Source of the DNA: Candidatus Bathyarchaeia archaeon
GTDB lineage: Archaea > Thermoproteota > Bathyarchaeia > Bathyarchaeales > Bathycorpusculaceae
Reading direction: 5' to 3'
Length of the DNA: 54,053 nt
NCBI GenBank assembly: GCA_050012255.1
Contig: JBEKHN010000016.1
Coordinates: 1 to 54,053, forward strand
The notes below the pieces were generated by a model that was not told the origin of the DNA, did no database searches, and worked only from the letters and a program-made list of their open reading frames with translations. Positions 1-8,885 of this stretch are shown in pieces. Positions within the stretch are counted from its first letter, which is position 1; each line of letters begins with the position of its first letter. The position numbers and the translations under genes are program-made.

Positions 1-144
1 TTAATTCGCCTTTTGCGATTTAGAGGCATTTTTGGGCTTCGCGTCTGTTTTCGTGCTTCTTTCAGTGCCCACGCTTCTCGAACTGTGCCGGCGGCCCGAA
101 GGTGTTGGCCTGTGCGCTGTGAACAGCTTATCGTCAACTCCCAT
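1..144 (-). CDS. putative small basic protein (47 aa, MGVDDKLFTAHRP...)
   Basis: ATG at 144 preceded by GAGGAGGG; open to TAA at 1-3; below ORF-track cutoff; no recognisable family. Confidence 0.4.
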   Translation of the reverse strand: MGVDDKLFTAHRPTPSGRRHSSRSVGTERSTKTDAKPKNASKSQKAN

Positions 145-238
145 GATTTTCCCTCCTCACCACGGCTGAGACTGGCCTATCAGAGAAGCCCGAATCGGAC
201 GCAAAAAGGCAAAAGAAGAATAAACACCATTTTTGACC

Positions 239-262
239 AATTTAGGAACACGCATGCGCGCT
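239..262 (+). repeat. lone copy of the AATTTAGGAACACGCATGCGCGCT motif
   Basis: 23/24 match to reverse complement of 31657-31680; 21/23 match to 31829-31851. Confidence 0.7.
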
Positions 263-432
263 CCTTCGCGCGAAAATAGGTTCAAATGCAAAGACGAGAA
301 AAAAAGGATAGCGTCACTATCAAGTTAGGACAGGAAAAGTGAACAGTCAGCCACTTAAGCCGGACAACTGAGCCTAACAAACAAAGAAACCGCCCAGTTG
401 TGAGTTCTTAGATGATGATTTTCATGGAAAAG

Positions 433-1731
433 TCAGCAGTCATAGTGATGATTAAAGTTGTGCGATAATATTAACGCGTCATAAATGTCTATTACACCGT
501 CATAGTTCAGATCGGCACGTTGATCCCAATTGGAATCTCCATGCTTCGAGCCGAAGGCTGCTGAAAGGATGTTGGAGTCGTAGATATCCACAATGCCATC
601 TGCGTTACAGTCGCCGCGACCACGGTAATCTACGGTGTTTTGGAATATTGCCATCAGTGCTGGTTGTTTTGGATAGCCACTCGTGTTCCATGCTTGCCAG
701 AATTCTTGGAAGGTGTTGCACGGAGTTGTGTGCATTATGTTCCATATGTGTGTGAACCCGTCTGAGAATGTGTCGTAGCCATCATTGTGCGAGTCGTAGA
801 TGTCCAATAAGGCGCCTGCAACGCGACCCTCGACCTCATCACCGTTATCCCAGCCTGAAGTATACCAGGTTGGGGCTTCAAGATCAATTGATTTACCAGT
901 CGTGGCGTTTATTCCAAGCACTAGATTCCCCTTGTTAAATACTGCTAACGGGAAGAAGTTGGCCCAGCCTTCAGCCCAAGCCGTTGTCGAATTGCTACGC
1001 AGATTGATGTAGTGTTGCAGCATTGATGGAGGAATGAATCCATAAAGACTATTCATGACGTGATGACCATACTCATGAAGGATTGTGTCAGGCCACCAAC
1101 ACGCCCAGTCAGGCAGGTCTATTGTCCCATTTGTCCAGTACTGTGGCCAATTTCCGTAAGGCCAACGAGCTGTCACCATCGGCGTCTCATAGCCCGTTTG
1201 CGTTTTTACGTAGTTCCACCCAGCCACAATACCACAGTGATAGGAAAAGACGATCCAAGCTCCGATCTGATCCTGAGGCACACCACTTAGCGAAAAGTCC
1301 ACACGGGAACCATCTGTAACGTTGTACCATGTTCCCCAGCCAAAATCGTATATAGTGCCAGTACCGTCAGTTACTGCTACCGCCGAATTCCAAGTATAAA
1401 TAAGTACCACTATGTCTAATCCGCCTCCATCTGCTGGATCTGAATTCAATATTAGACCAGAAGTGAAGTTCCCATTTGCATCTGTAAAGTATTCGTTGTT
1501 CCCATTTACATCAGTGAGTCTTCGAAGCCCGGCAGGATCTGCATCGAATATTCGGACTCTCCCAAACACAGTTGGTCTCAATGCTCCATTGTTATCCCAA
1601 TATTCGTAATGACCATGGACAGTGATATATCCGGTTTGAATGTTCAAATTCGGCAATGTTCTTGGCCCAACGTTGAAAAATGTGGAACAAACAAATAGTA
1701 CGATAACCAGGGGAATTGATTTTTTCTTCAC
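433..1731 (-). CDS. secreted zincin-like metallopeptidase with C-terminal dockerin
   Basis: Likely GTG start at 1731 (KKK + hydrophobic signal); HEYGHH zinc motif followed by AWAEGWA; duplicated dockerin loops GDCNADGIVDIYD / ADLNYDGVIDIYD. Confidence 0.8.
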   Translation of the reverse strand: MKKKSIPLVIVLFVCSTFFNVGPRTLPNLNIQTGYITVHGHYEYWDNNGALRPTVFGRVRIFDADPAGLRRLTDVNGNNEYFTDANGNFTSGLILNSDPADGGGLDIVVLIYTWNSAVAVTDGTGTIYDFGWGTWYNVTDGSRVDFSLSGVPQDQIGAWIVFSYHCGIVAGWNYVKTQTGYETPMVTARWPYGNWPQYWTNGTIDLPDWACWWPDTILHEYGHHVMNSLYGFIPPSMLQHYINLRSNSTTAWAEGWANFFPLAVFNKGNLVLGINATTGKSIDLEAPTWYTSGWDNGDEVEGRVAGALLDIYDSHNDGYDTFSDGFTHIWNIMHTTPCNTFQEFWQAWNTSGYPKQPALMAIFQNTVDYRGRGDCNADGIVDIYDSNILSAAFGSKHGDSNWDQRADLNYDGVIDIYDALILSHNFNHHYDC

Positions 1732-1802
1732 TTTGTCCCCTTTTGCACTTTTTGTTCTTCTACGAATGTAAATTTTACTGTAATCGGGAAAAATGAGAAA
1801 AA

Positions 1803-2423
1803 TCAAAGTGAACCAGTTGTGACATTGATGGGCAGCCCCGGCAGAAATGGCATCTGACCTGAAGGAGCAATGGGATTATGTGATACTTGAACATCATTCT
1901 CAAGAACTGATATCCATATTCTATCTATTGTAATATAGGTGAAGCCTTGCAGTGCCGGTGTAGACCAGGATACAGTTGCTGCTATCCGAGCATAACCGAC
2001 TTCAACAGCCTTTATCCTTTGTGTGAAAATCATCGAGACATTGGCTTTTAAGTCACCATTCCACACGACCTTTGTGGTCGTTGTGTTTTCGCCAATAAAG
2101 TCAATTCCTGTTGGCCACTCGCTACTCACCTGCAACAAGTCAAATTCTACGACGACATTGGACGCGTCACATGTTGACGCAACAGCAACTGTTAAGTCAC
2201 CTTCACTACCCACTCCCAGAGGTACTGTGAGATTAGAGATAAACGCCTGCACGTCAAAAGAGCCAGACGGCCATCCAGGAGGCAGCAGAGGGGGAGAACC
2301 AGAGCTAGAAGGTGTTGTTGCTTTTCTTGGCAAGGGCGCTAACACAATAGATGTGATAACCAGGCTTGCAACTATGATACCAGCCAGTCCAGAAATTCCC
2401 AGCTTCTTGCTTTCGCAGGTCAC
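1803..2423 (-). CDS. membrane-anchored protein (N-terminal TM, Pro/Ser linker, beta-rich domain)
   Basis: 206 aa ORF; hydrophobic N-terminus then TTPSSSGSPPLLPPG linker. Confidence 0.7.
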   Translation of the reverse strand: MTCESKKLGISGLAGIIVASLVITSIVLAPLPRKATTPSSSGSPPLLPPGWPSGSFDVQAFISNLTVPLGVGSEGDLTVAVASTCDASNVVVEFDLLQVSSEWPTGIDFIGENTTTTKVVWNGDLKANVSMIFTQRIKAVEVGYARIAATVSWSTPALQGFTYITIDRIWISVLENDVQVSHNPIAPSGQMPFLPGLPINVTTGSL

Positions 2424-2494
2424 TCCTTATCACCGACCGTATAGTTTGCATTCGACTTATATAAAATAACGTTTTTATACATTTGTATAAAGAG

Positions 2495-2941
2495 TTATAC
2501 ACTATCTTTTTGACGCAACAAACGAAGTGTTTCATACCAGAAAATGGCCGAACCGATAACGGCCAGAACAAGCGCAAACACGCTGTAAAAGCTAACCTCT
2601 CCAAACCTCACAACGATGTAGAGCAGAAGGGTAGTAAACATCGTAGCGTAGAAGAGGTACCTTGGGAGCAGAAAAGGGCCGAACCTCATAAACTGCTTAA
2701 GAATACCCACCTTAACCTCTCTAACCAGGCAATATTCGCCATGTTCATTCTTGACCAACCCAAGTTCCTCCAACTTCTCAAGATGATAAGCCGCCAACCT
2801 CGGACTAGAAAAGTGTAAAGCCCTCTGCACTTCTCTAACACCCACAGTATTAGGTTCAGACTTCAACAAGTACCAATACACTTGAAGAGTCTTTCCTTTC
2901 AACTTCCCCTCAATCTCTTTCTCTTCCACCAACTGAACCAT
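2495..2941 (-). CDS. winged-HTH transcriptional regulator with two C-terminal TM helices
   Basis: VGVREVQRALHFSSPRLAAYHLEKLEELGLV wHTH followed by two hydrophobic segments. Confidence 0.8.
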   Translation of the reverse strand: MVQLVEEKEIEGKLKGKTLQVYWYLLKSEPNTVGVREVQRALHFSSPRLAAYHLEKLEELGLVKNEHGEYCLVREVKVGILKQFMRFGPFLLPRYLFYATMFTTLLLYIVVRFGEVSFYSVFALVLAVIGSAIFWYETLRLLRQKDSV

Positions 2942-3186
2942 CCAGAATCGCTAGCTCTCCTCTATTCTTTGGTGTCACTAACTACTGTCACAAAAGCAAA
3001 ATATATCAAACTTCCTCTAGTTTTGATCTGCCGCATAACAAAGCTTGAATACAGACGCTCTACTTGTGCGCATAGTTCGATTGTCTATGCGCGCGATTGT
3101 TTTCGATTGTTTCCGTCCGTTCTACCCTTCATAAACTGAAGTTCAAGCGCATTGGAGGTTTTGTATGCGGCCGTTGTACGTCGTGG

Positions 3187-3432
3187 TTCCCGCGCGTGAG
3201 CGGAGTCTGAGCAACAGACATCGTCGACTACTAGCTCCCGACCGACCCGCTGGACGACGTGAACTTGAAGAGGCTGTACGAACTGCAGAAGGATCCACGT
3301 TACAAAGACCCTTTGTGGTGCAGAGAGATCAAGACTTTTATGAAAATCAAACGGAAGGCGGAGCAAGAGGCGTTCAGCAGATACGGCCTACCATGCATCG
3401 TGGACGAGTACCTGCTGGACAACTCGAAGTGA
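3187..3432 (+). pseudogene. top6A: decayed 3' fragment of DNA topoisomerase VI subunit A
   Basis: Frame starting 3202 reads [69 protein letters not shown], resembling the Top6A C-terminus; in-frame stops at 3208 and 3232; no 5' part. Confidence 0.8.
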
Positions 3433-3592
3433 CAAAGTGAACCAGCGCCACTTGACACGCCCTTATCTTATACATTCAGGGAAAACGAAGGCCTTCTCGT
3501 CACGGCTTTCATGGCAGGGCACGCCTTTAGCGAAAGCATAAAATAACTGTGTATCTTTCTATCTGGGAGCATGTTGGAAGGAATGGACTGGA

Positions 3593-3793
3593 ATGAGTGA
3601 GGAAGGCGGCTTCGGGATAGGCTTGGCTGAAAAATTCTTCGGCCTGATAATCTTTGTTGTGGGTCTTCTTGTTTTGTACTACACCGTCACAAGCGCGTCG
3701 ACTTTGGGCGCGTTCACGGGTTTCTTCAGTTTTCTGTGCGTTGTCCTCGTGGTGGTAGGTCTAGTTTTGATGATAGCCAAGACGACTGAGTAG
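3593..3793 (+). CDS. small two-TM membrane protein
   Basis: 66 aa, two hydrophobic helices, ATG start. Confidence 0.7.
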   Translation: MSEEGGFGIGLAEKFFGLIIFVVGLLVLYYTVTSASTLGAFTGFFSFLCVVLVVVGLVLMIAKTTE

Positions 3794-3794
3794 G

Positions 3795-4121
3795 CTATTC
3801 TCTTCTTTCAACAACTATCTTGCAGTTCGTGGCTAGAGCAGCTATGACGCCTAAGGCTGCAAGCCAAGGAGCAATGACGGCGCCGATGACTCCGACAGTG
3901 GCAGGTATTTCGAGAAGAACTTTCCCGTTCACGTCCTTGACGATTATCCTGGTCACGTTTCCTTCGTGAAGCAGCTCCTTAACCCTTTGAATGAGGGTGT
4001 CAGAAGAAACCGTGAACTCTTCTCGCGCGACTTTGGTGACCTTCGCCCCGCAAACGGTGCAGAACTTATCCTCATCGGTCAACTTCGCTCCACACTTCGA
4101 GCAGTACGGCAAACTCTGCAC
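3795..4121 (-). CDS. zinc-ribbon + DUF4342-like protein
   Basis: CSKCG...CTVCG then VKELLHEGNVTRIIVK...LEIPATVG. Confidence 0.8.
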   Translation of the reverse strand: MQSLPYCSKCGAKLTDEDKFCTVCGAKVTKVAREEFTVSSDTLIQRVKELLHEGNVTRIIVKDVNGKVLLEIPATVGVIGAVIAPWLAALGVIAALATNCKIVVERRE

Positions 4122-4217
4122 TCCTCAGATGAGCATTTATTAGGGTAATGGTTTATTAATTTTCAGCGAACAGTCAGAAAGCGGCTTGTTCGGCGCTGGT
4201 GCAGGAAGAAGATTAAA

Positions 4218-5999
4218 ATGCCGATTCGTCAACCAATCGTGTGCGTTCTCGGACACGTTGACAGCGGCAAGACTTCTCTTCTGGATAAGATCCGTAAGAC
4301 AAGCGTTCAGGCCCGCGAAGTCGGCGGAATCACTCAGCACATCGGCGCCAGCTTCTTCCCAGCTGAGACTCTAGCTCAGCTGGTGGGTTCCCAGCTCTCC
4401 GTAGTCAGGGGCGAAATAGAAATCCCGGGCCTACTCATCGTGGACACACCGGGACACGAGGTTTTCACGAACCTTCGCAGAAGAGGCGGCAGCGTCGCAG
4501 ATATAGCCATTCTGGTAATCAACGTTCTCCGAGGCCTTGAAGCTCAAACCTACGAATGCATCGAGATTCTTAAGGCCCGGAAAACTCCGTTCATAGTCGC
4601 AGCGAATATGATTGACCGCATACCAGGCTGGAGGTCCCAGCCAGACACTCCCTTCTCTAAAACGTATCCGCTGCAAGACCCCTACGTCAGGGAGGACCTG
4701 GACAACAGAATATACGACATCATAGGCACATTTTCTCGGTTGGGGTTCAAAACAGACCGCTTCGACCACGTAAGAGAATTCACTACTACTGTAGCAGTAG
4801 TGCCGACTAGCGCCAAGACAGGCGAGGGCATAACCGAACTCATCATGGTGCTCATCGGACTTGCACAGCAGTACCTCAAGAAGCGTCTGCAGACCACTAA
4901 AGGCCCAGCAAAGGGCACGGTTCTAGAAGTGAAGGAGGAAACTGGACTCGGACTAACCCTCAACACCATAATCTACGACGGTGTGCTGCAGAAAGACGAC
5001 CTGATCGTCGTAGGCGGCAAAGAAAAACCAATAGTAACACGGACACGTGCGATTCTTGTCCCCAAACCGCTGGACGAGATCAGAGACCCCAGGGACAAGT
5101 TCTCCTCGGTCGACTCTGTTTCTGCCGCGGCTGGAGTCAAGATAGTCGCGCCTGACCTTGAAGGAGTCTTAGCAGGCGCAACTCTGTATGGTGTTCCTAA
5201 AGGTGCCGAACCAGAAAAGTATGCCAGATTGATCACTGAGGAAATTGGAAAAATCAGAATCTCAACGGACATCGACGGAGTTGTCGTGAAGGCAGACACG
5301 CTTGGCTCACTTGAGGCGATTGCAGATATACTCAAGCAGAACAAGGTGCCCATCCGACTGGCAGATGTTGGAGACATATCGAAACGAGACGTTGTCGAAG
5401 CAGCCGTCGTGAAGGAACACGAACCCCTGTACGGCGCAATCCTAGCCTTCAACGTCAGAACCTTGCCCGACGCGGAAGAAGAAGCCAAAAACAGAGGCAT
5501 AACGATCTTCGCAGACAGAATAATCTACCATGTGATAGAGAACTATCTTGCATGGTTCAAAGGAAAACGCGAAGCTGGACTCGAGGAAGACTTCGACGCC
5601 CTCGTCAAACCCGCCAAACTTAGAGTTATGGAAGGCTACGTGTTCCGAAGAGCCAAACCCGCCATATTCGGCGTCGAAATCCTCGCAGGAAACATCAAGT
5701 CCAAATACGGGCTCGTAAGAGCTGAAAACGGCGAAGAAATCGGCGAAATCCAGCAGATACAAGAAAAAGGAGAAGCCCTTTCAACCGCCGGACAAGGAAT
5801 GCAGGTAGCAGTCTCAGTCGACAAACCCATTTTTGGAAGACATATATTCGAAAAAGACGTGCTGTACGTCAAAGTCCCTGAAAAGCACGCCAAAGCGCTG
5901 CAGGCAAAGTTCACAGAAAAGCTGACTCCAGAAGAGCTTGAAGCACTTGGCGAGTACGTCAACCTCATGAGAAAGAAAGTGCCCTTCTGGGGAGCATGA
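4218..5999 (+). CDS. infB: translation initiation factor IF-2 (aIF5B)
   Basis: GHVDSGKT, GITQHIGA, DTPGHE motifs; 593 aa. Confidence 0.97.
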   Translation: MPIRQPIVCVLGHVDSGKTSLLDKIRKTSVQAREVGGITQHIGASFFPAETLAQLVGSQLSVVRGEIEIPGLLIVDTPGHEVFTNLRRRGGSVADIAILVINVLRGLEAQTYECIEILKARKTPFIVAANMIDRIPGWRSQPDTPFSKTYPLQDPYVREDLDNRIYDIIGTFSRLGFKTDRFDHVREFTTTVAVVPTSAKTGEGITELIMVLIGLAQQYLKKRLQTTKGPAKGTVLEVKEETGLGLTLNTIIYDGVLQKDDLIVVGGKEKPIVTRTRAILVPKPLDEIRDPRDKFSSVDSVSAAAGVKIVAPDLEGVLAGATLYGVPKGAEPEKYARLITEEIGKIRISTDIDGVVVKADTLGSLEAIADILKQNKVPIRLADVGDISKRDVVEAAVVKEHEPLYGAILAFNVRTLPDAEEEAKNRGITIFADRIIYHVIENYLAWFKGKREAGLEEDFDALVKPAKLRVMEGYVFRRAKPAIFGVEILAGNIKSKYGLVRAENGEEIGEIQQIQEKGEALSTAGQGMQVAVSVDKPIFGRHIFEKDVLYVKVPEKHAKALQAKFTEKLTPEELEALGEYVNLMRKKVPFWGA

Positions 6000-6083
6000 A
6001 GCACGTGTTCCTGACCCACAAAAACTAGTAAATGCACAGGATGCAAACCGTAGACTAACCGCAGACTAAACGTTGGACGAATG

Positions 6084-6377
6084 TTAGCCGCCGCTGACAG
6101 GTGGAACTATCGCAAGAATATCTCCGTCCGAAAGCTCAGTTTCCGTGCCTTTAGGGGAAGACACGCTTCTGCCGTTCACGAGAAACTGCAGGAAACCCTT
6201 AACCTCACGGGTCCTATGGTCACAAACGTACTCGTCAAAGGCTTTACCATACTTCTCACTCAACCGCTTGAGAACACGGTTCACTGTCACCTCTTCATCC
6301 TTTGGAAATTGTAAAGTTTCCTCTTTCTTGCCTGTGATCTCCCTGAGAATAGTGAAGAACCGCACTGAGACACGCAA
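6084..6377 (-). CDS. ubiquitin-like SAMP / MoaD-ThiS family protein
   Basis: C-terminal PPVSGG, beta-grasp size. Confidence 0.9.
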   Translation of the reverse strand: MRVSVRFFTILREITGKKEETLQFPKDEEVTVNRVLKRLSEKYGKAFDEYVCDHRTREVKGFLQFLVNGRSVSSPKGTETELSDGDILAIVPPVSGG

Positions 6378-6516
6378 GACTTGACCGCCTAGAAAAATGA
6401 AACAACAAGCCGAAATTTAAACCGTTGCACCGCAGAAAACACAAAACAACGTGTGCATGCACTGCGCAGTTTCGCCCGTGAACGGAGCAAATCTATTTAC
6501 AGACGCAAACATGCAG

Positions 6517-6533
6517 AGGGAAGATTTATATTA
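6517..6533 (+). promoter_or_regulatory. putative BRE/TATA upstream of thermosome gene
   Basis: purine run followed by TTTATATT ~60 bp before ATG. Confidence 0.45.
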
Positions 6534-6591
6534 TTGAGCATTTTTGGTTATTTCCGATTAGTAGAATTCTAACCTTGAACGGAGGGTATGA

Positions 6592-8247
6592 ATGGCATAC
6601 TTAACGACAACAGCGTCGGGACAACCAGTCCTGATCCTGAAGGAAGGAACGTCACGGAACAGAGGTAAGGAAGCTCAGAGAAACAATATAATGGCCGCAA
6701 GAATAATCGGTGAAGTCTTGAAGACGACCTTGGGACCACGCGGCATGGACAAGATGCTCGTCGACAGCCTTGGAGACATCACCATAACAAACGACGGAGC
6801 CACGATACTGAACGAGATAGAAGTTGAGCACCCAGCAGCGAAGATGATGGTGGAAATCGCGAAAACTCAAGACGATATGGTGGGCGACGGAACGACAACC
6901 GCCGTCGTGTTGGCAGGGGAACTCCTCAAAAAGGCCGAAGAGCTCTTAGACCAGAACATCCACCCCACGATAATTGTCAGCGGCTATCGCAAGGCAGCCG
7001 AAAAGGCGATTGAAACGATAAACAACACGGCAATACTAGTCGACATAGAAGACCGTGCGACACTCAAAAAAGTCGCCGTGACATCGATGGCAAGCAAGGC
7101 TGTAGGCGCGGCGAAAGACCACTTTGCAGACATGGCAATCGACGCGGTGCTGCAGATAGTTGAAAAACGCGGAGAGAGAAACGTCGCCGACACAGACAAT
7201 GTTCAAGTCACGAAGAAAACGGGAAAGAGCCTCTTCGAATCACAACTCGTCAAGGGCCTAGTGATAGACAAGGAAGTAGTCCACTCCGGCATGCCTAAAC
7301 AAGTTGAAAGAGCAAAGATAGCGCTGCTGGACGCTGCACTCGAAATTGAGAAAACAGAGATCAGCGCTGAAATACGGATACGCGACCCAAACCAGATGAA
7401 AGCCTTCCTAGACCAAGAAAACAAGATGCTGCAAGACATGGTTGAAAAGATCAAAGCCTCAGGCGCAAACGTGGTTTTCTGCCAGAAAGGCATCGACGAC
7501 ATGGCGCAACACTTCCTCTCAAAAGAAGGAATACTCGCAGCAAGAAGAGTGAAACAGTCAGACATGGAAAAGCTGGCAAGAGCCACTGGCGGAAGAATAA
7601 TCACAGACTTGACCGACTTGAAAGCCCACGATCTGGGGACAGCGGGCCTCGTGGAAGAACGCAAGCTCGGCGAAGACAAGATGATCTTCGTGGAGAAATG
7701 CAAAGACCCCCGCTCAGTCGCCATCATTATACGCGCTGGACTAGAAAGAATGGTCGACGAAGCCGAAAGAGCAATGACCGACGCGCTATCCGTGGTTTCA
7801 GACGTCATAGAAAACAACAAGATAGTCGCAGGCGGCGGCGCAGTGGAAGTCGAAATGGCCAAAGAACTCCGAAAGTACGCCACAAACGTGGGCGGAAGAG
7901 AACAGCTCGCCATAGAAGCCTTCGCTGACTCCATCGAAGTGATACCAAAGACCCTCGCTGAAAACGCGGGGCTCGAACCCATAGACGTAATCGTGGAACT
8001 TAGAGCAGCACACGAGAAAACAGACGGCCAACACAAAGGCGTAAACGTTTTCAATGGAAAAATCGAAAACATGCGCGACAAAGGCGTGGTCGAACCCCTA
8101 GTAGTGAAAGAGCAGGCAGTGAAGTCAGCCACAGAATCCGCTTCAATGATACTCCGCATAGACGACGTCATAGCGGCCACCAAGCCGAAGGAAGGACCAG
8201 GAGCAGGAAGACCACCCGGCGGCGAAATGCCCGAAGGCGAAGACTAA
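6592..8247 (+). CDS. thermosome subunit (group II chaperonin)
   Basis: [24 protein letters not shown] motifs. Confidence 0.97.
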   Translation: MAYLTTTASGQPVLILKEGTSRNRGKEAQRNNIMAARIIGEVLKTTLGPRGMDKMLVDSLGDITITNDGATILNEIEVEHPAAKMMVEIAKTQDDMVGDGTTTAVVLAGELLKKAEELLDQNIHPTIIVSGYRKAAEKAIETINNTAILVDIEDRATLKKVAVTSMASKAVGAAKDHFADMAIDAVLQIVEKRGERNVADTDNVQVTKKTGKSLFESQLVKGLVIDKEVVHSGMPKQVERAKIALLDAALEIEKTEISAEIRIRDPNQMKAFLDQENKMLQDMVEKIKASGANVVFCQKGIDDMAQHFLSKEGILAARRVKQSDMEKLARATGGRIITDLTDLKAHDLGTAGLVEERKLGEDKMIFVEKCKDPRSVAIIIRAGLERMVDEAERAMTDALSVVSDVIENNKIVAGGGAVEVEMAKELRKYATNVGGREQLAIEAFADSIEVIPKTLAENAGLEPIDVIVELRAAHEKTDGQHKGVNVFNGKIENMRDKGVVEPLVVKEQAVKSATESASMILRIDDVIAATKPKEGPGAGRPPGGEMPEGED

Positions 8248-8494
8248 AAACATCCCCTAGTTTTTCTATACGTTCCAACCATTTTTCTCAACCACATACT
8301 GACTTTACACTGTGAGCTTCTTCGCGCGGCAACGGCAAGCCAGAGTCTGTGCAGATCCTTCTTAGTTTCAACACCTTGTCAATCAAGAAATCCTTCGCCA
8401 CCTCCACAGGCAGAATAAACGTCACAGAACGATCAGCAACACTATAACCTAGAAGAACGAAAATATACTTCAAACGCAAGTAGTCTTGTCCAGT

Positions 8495-8607
8495 GCTCCG
8501 GTAGTATAGTCCGGTCAAACCTTGAAGGGATCATGTATAGCGGCCTCTCGACTCTGACAACTGGGAGAAAGCCGCGGACCCGGGTCCAAATCCCGGCCGG
8601 AGCACCA
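8495..8607 (+). tRNA. tRNA-Glu(CTC) with two introns (21/22: 8519-8534; 37/38: 8551-8569), CCA encoded
   Basis: Acceptor GCTCCGG/CCGGAGC, anticodon stem GCGGC/GCCGC, T stem CCGGG/CCCGG; both insertions form bulge-helix-bulge-like motifs (GGTC/GATC and CTCT/GGAG central helices). Confidence 0.92.
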
Positions 8608-8708
8608 CTCAAATCAGGCTTGCTTCTGGCTTATTTTTGCTAAGAAAGCTTGATCTGAGCACCTCTGAAAGCATGGTTAAGATTGGAGCGCGAGTTTACT
8701 GGTGAAAA
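8585..8708 (+). repeat. left copy of ~124-bp degenerate direct repeat (tRNA-Glu 3' end + downstream flank)
   Basis: Nearly gap-free colinear similarity to 14549-14671. Confidence 0.8.
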
Positions 8709-8885
8709 CATAACCCGCTTTTCTTGTTGACCGACGAGATCAATAAACTCAGAGAAGAAGGTGAGACGATAGATGGGACGTTCTGAGTTTAAGATGGAGA
8801 GCGCAAGCGCACTGGCGCTAAGTCAAGTGTCCTGATGCATATTAAAAGTGAATAAGAAAAAGGGGGAACGTGTTTGGAAATTGTT

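Noticed and set aside
360-415. Integron attC-like site (GTTAGGC on minus strand, ACAACTG/CAGTTGT hairpin)
   Set aside because: No matching RYYYAAC box at suitable spacing, no array, no integron integrase
3197-3234. Stop-codon recoding (TGA at Trp-like, TAG at Lys-like positions)
   Set aside because: TGA and TAG end intact genes elsewhere in the window (infB, thrS) and the fragment has no 5' part; ordinary decay explains it
3165-3440. 91-aa + ORF and 93-aa - ORF in the track
   Set aside because: Shadow frames of the top6A remnant
7203-8183. Long antisense ORFs (also 20170-21141, 48071-48784, 51474-51989)
   Set aside because: Mirror frames of well-supported conserved genes
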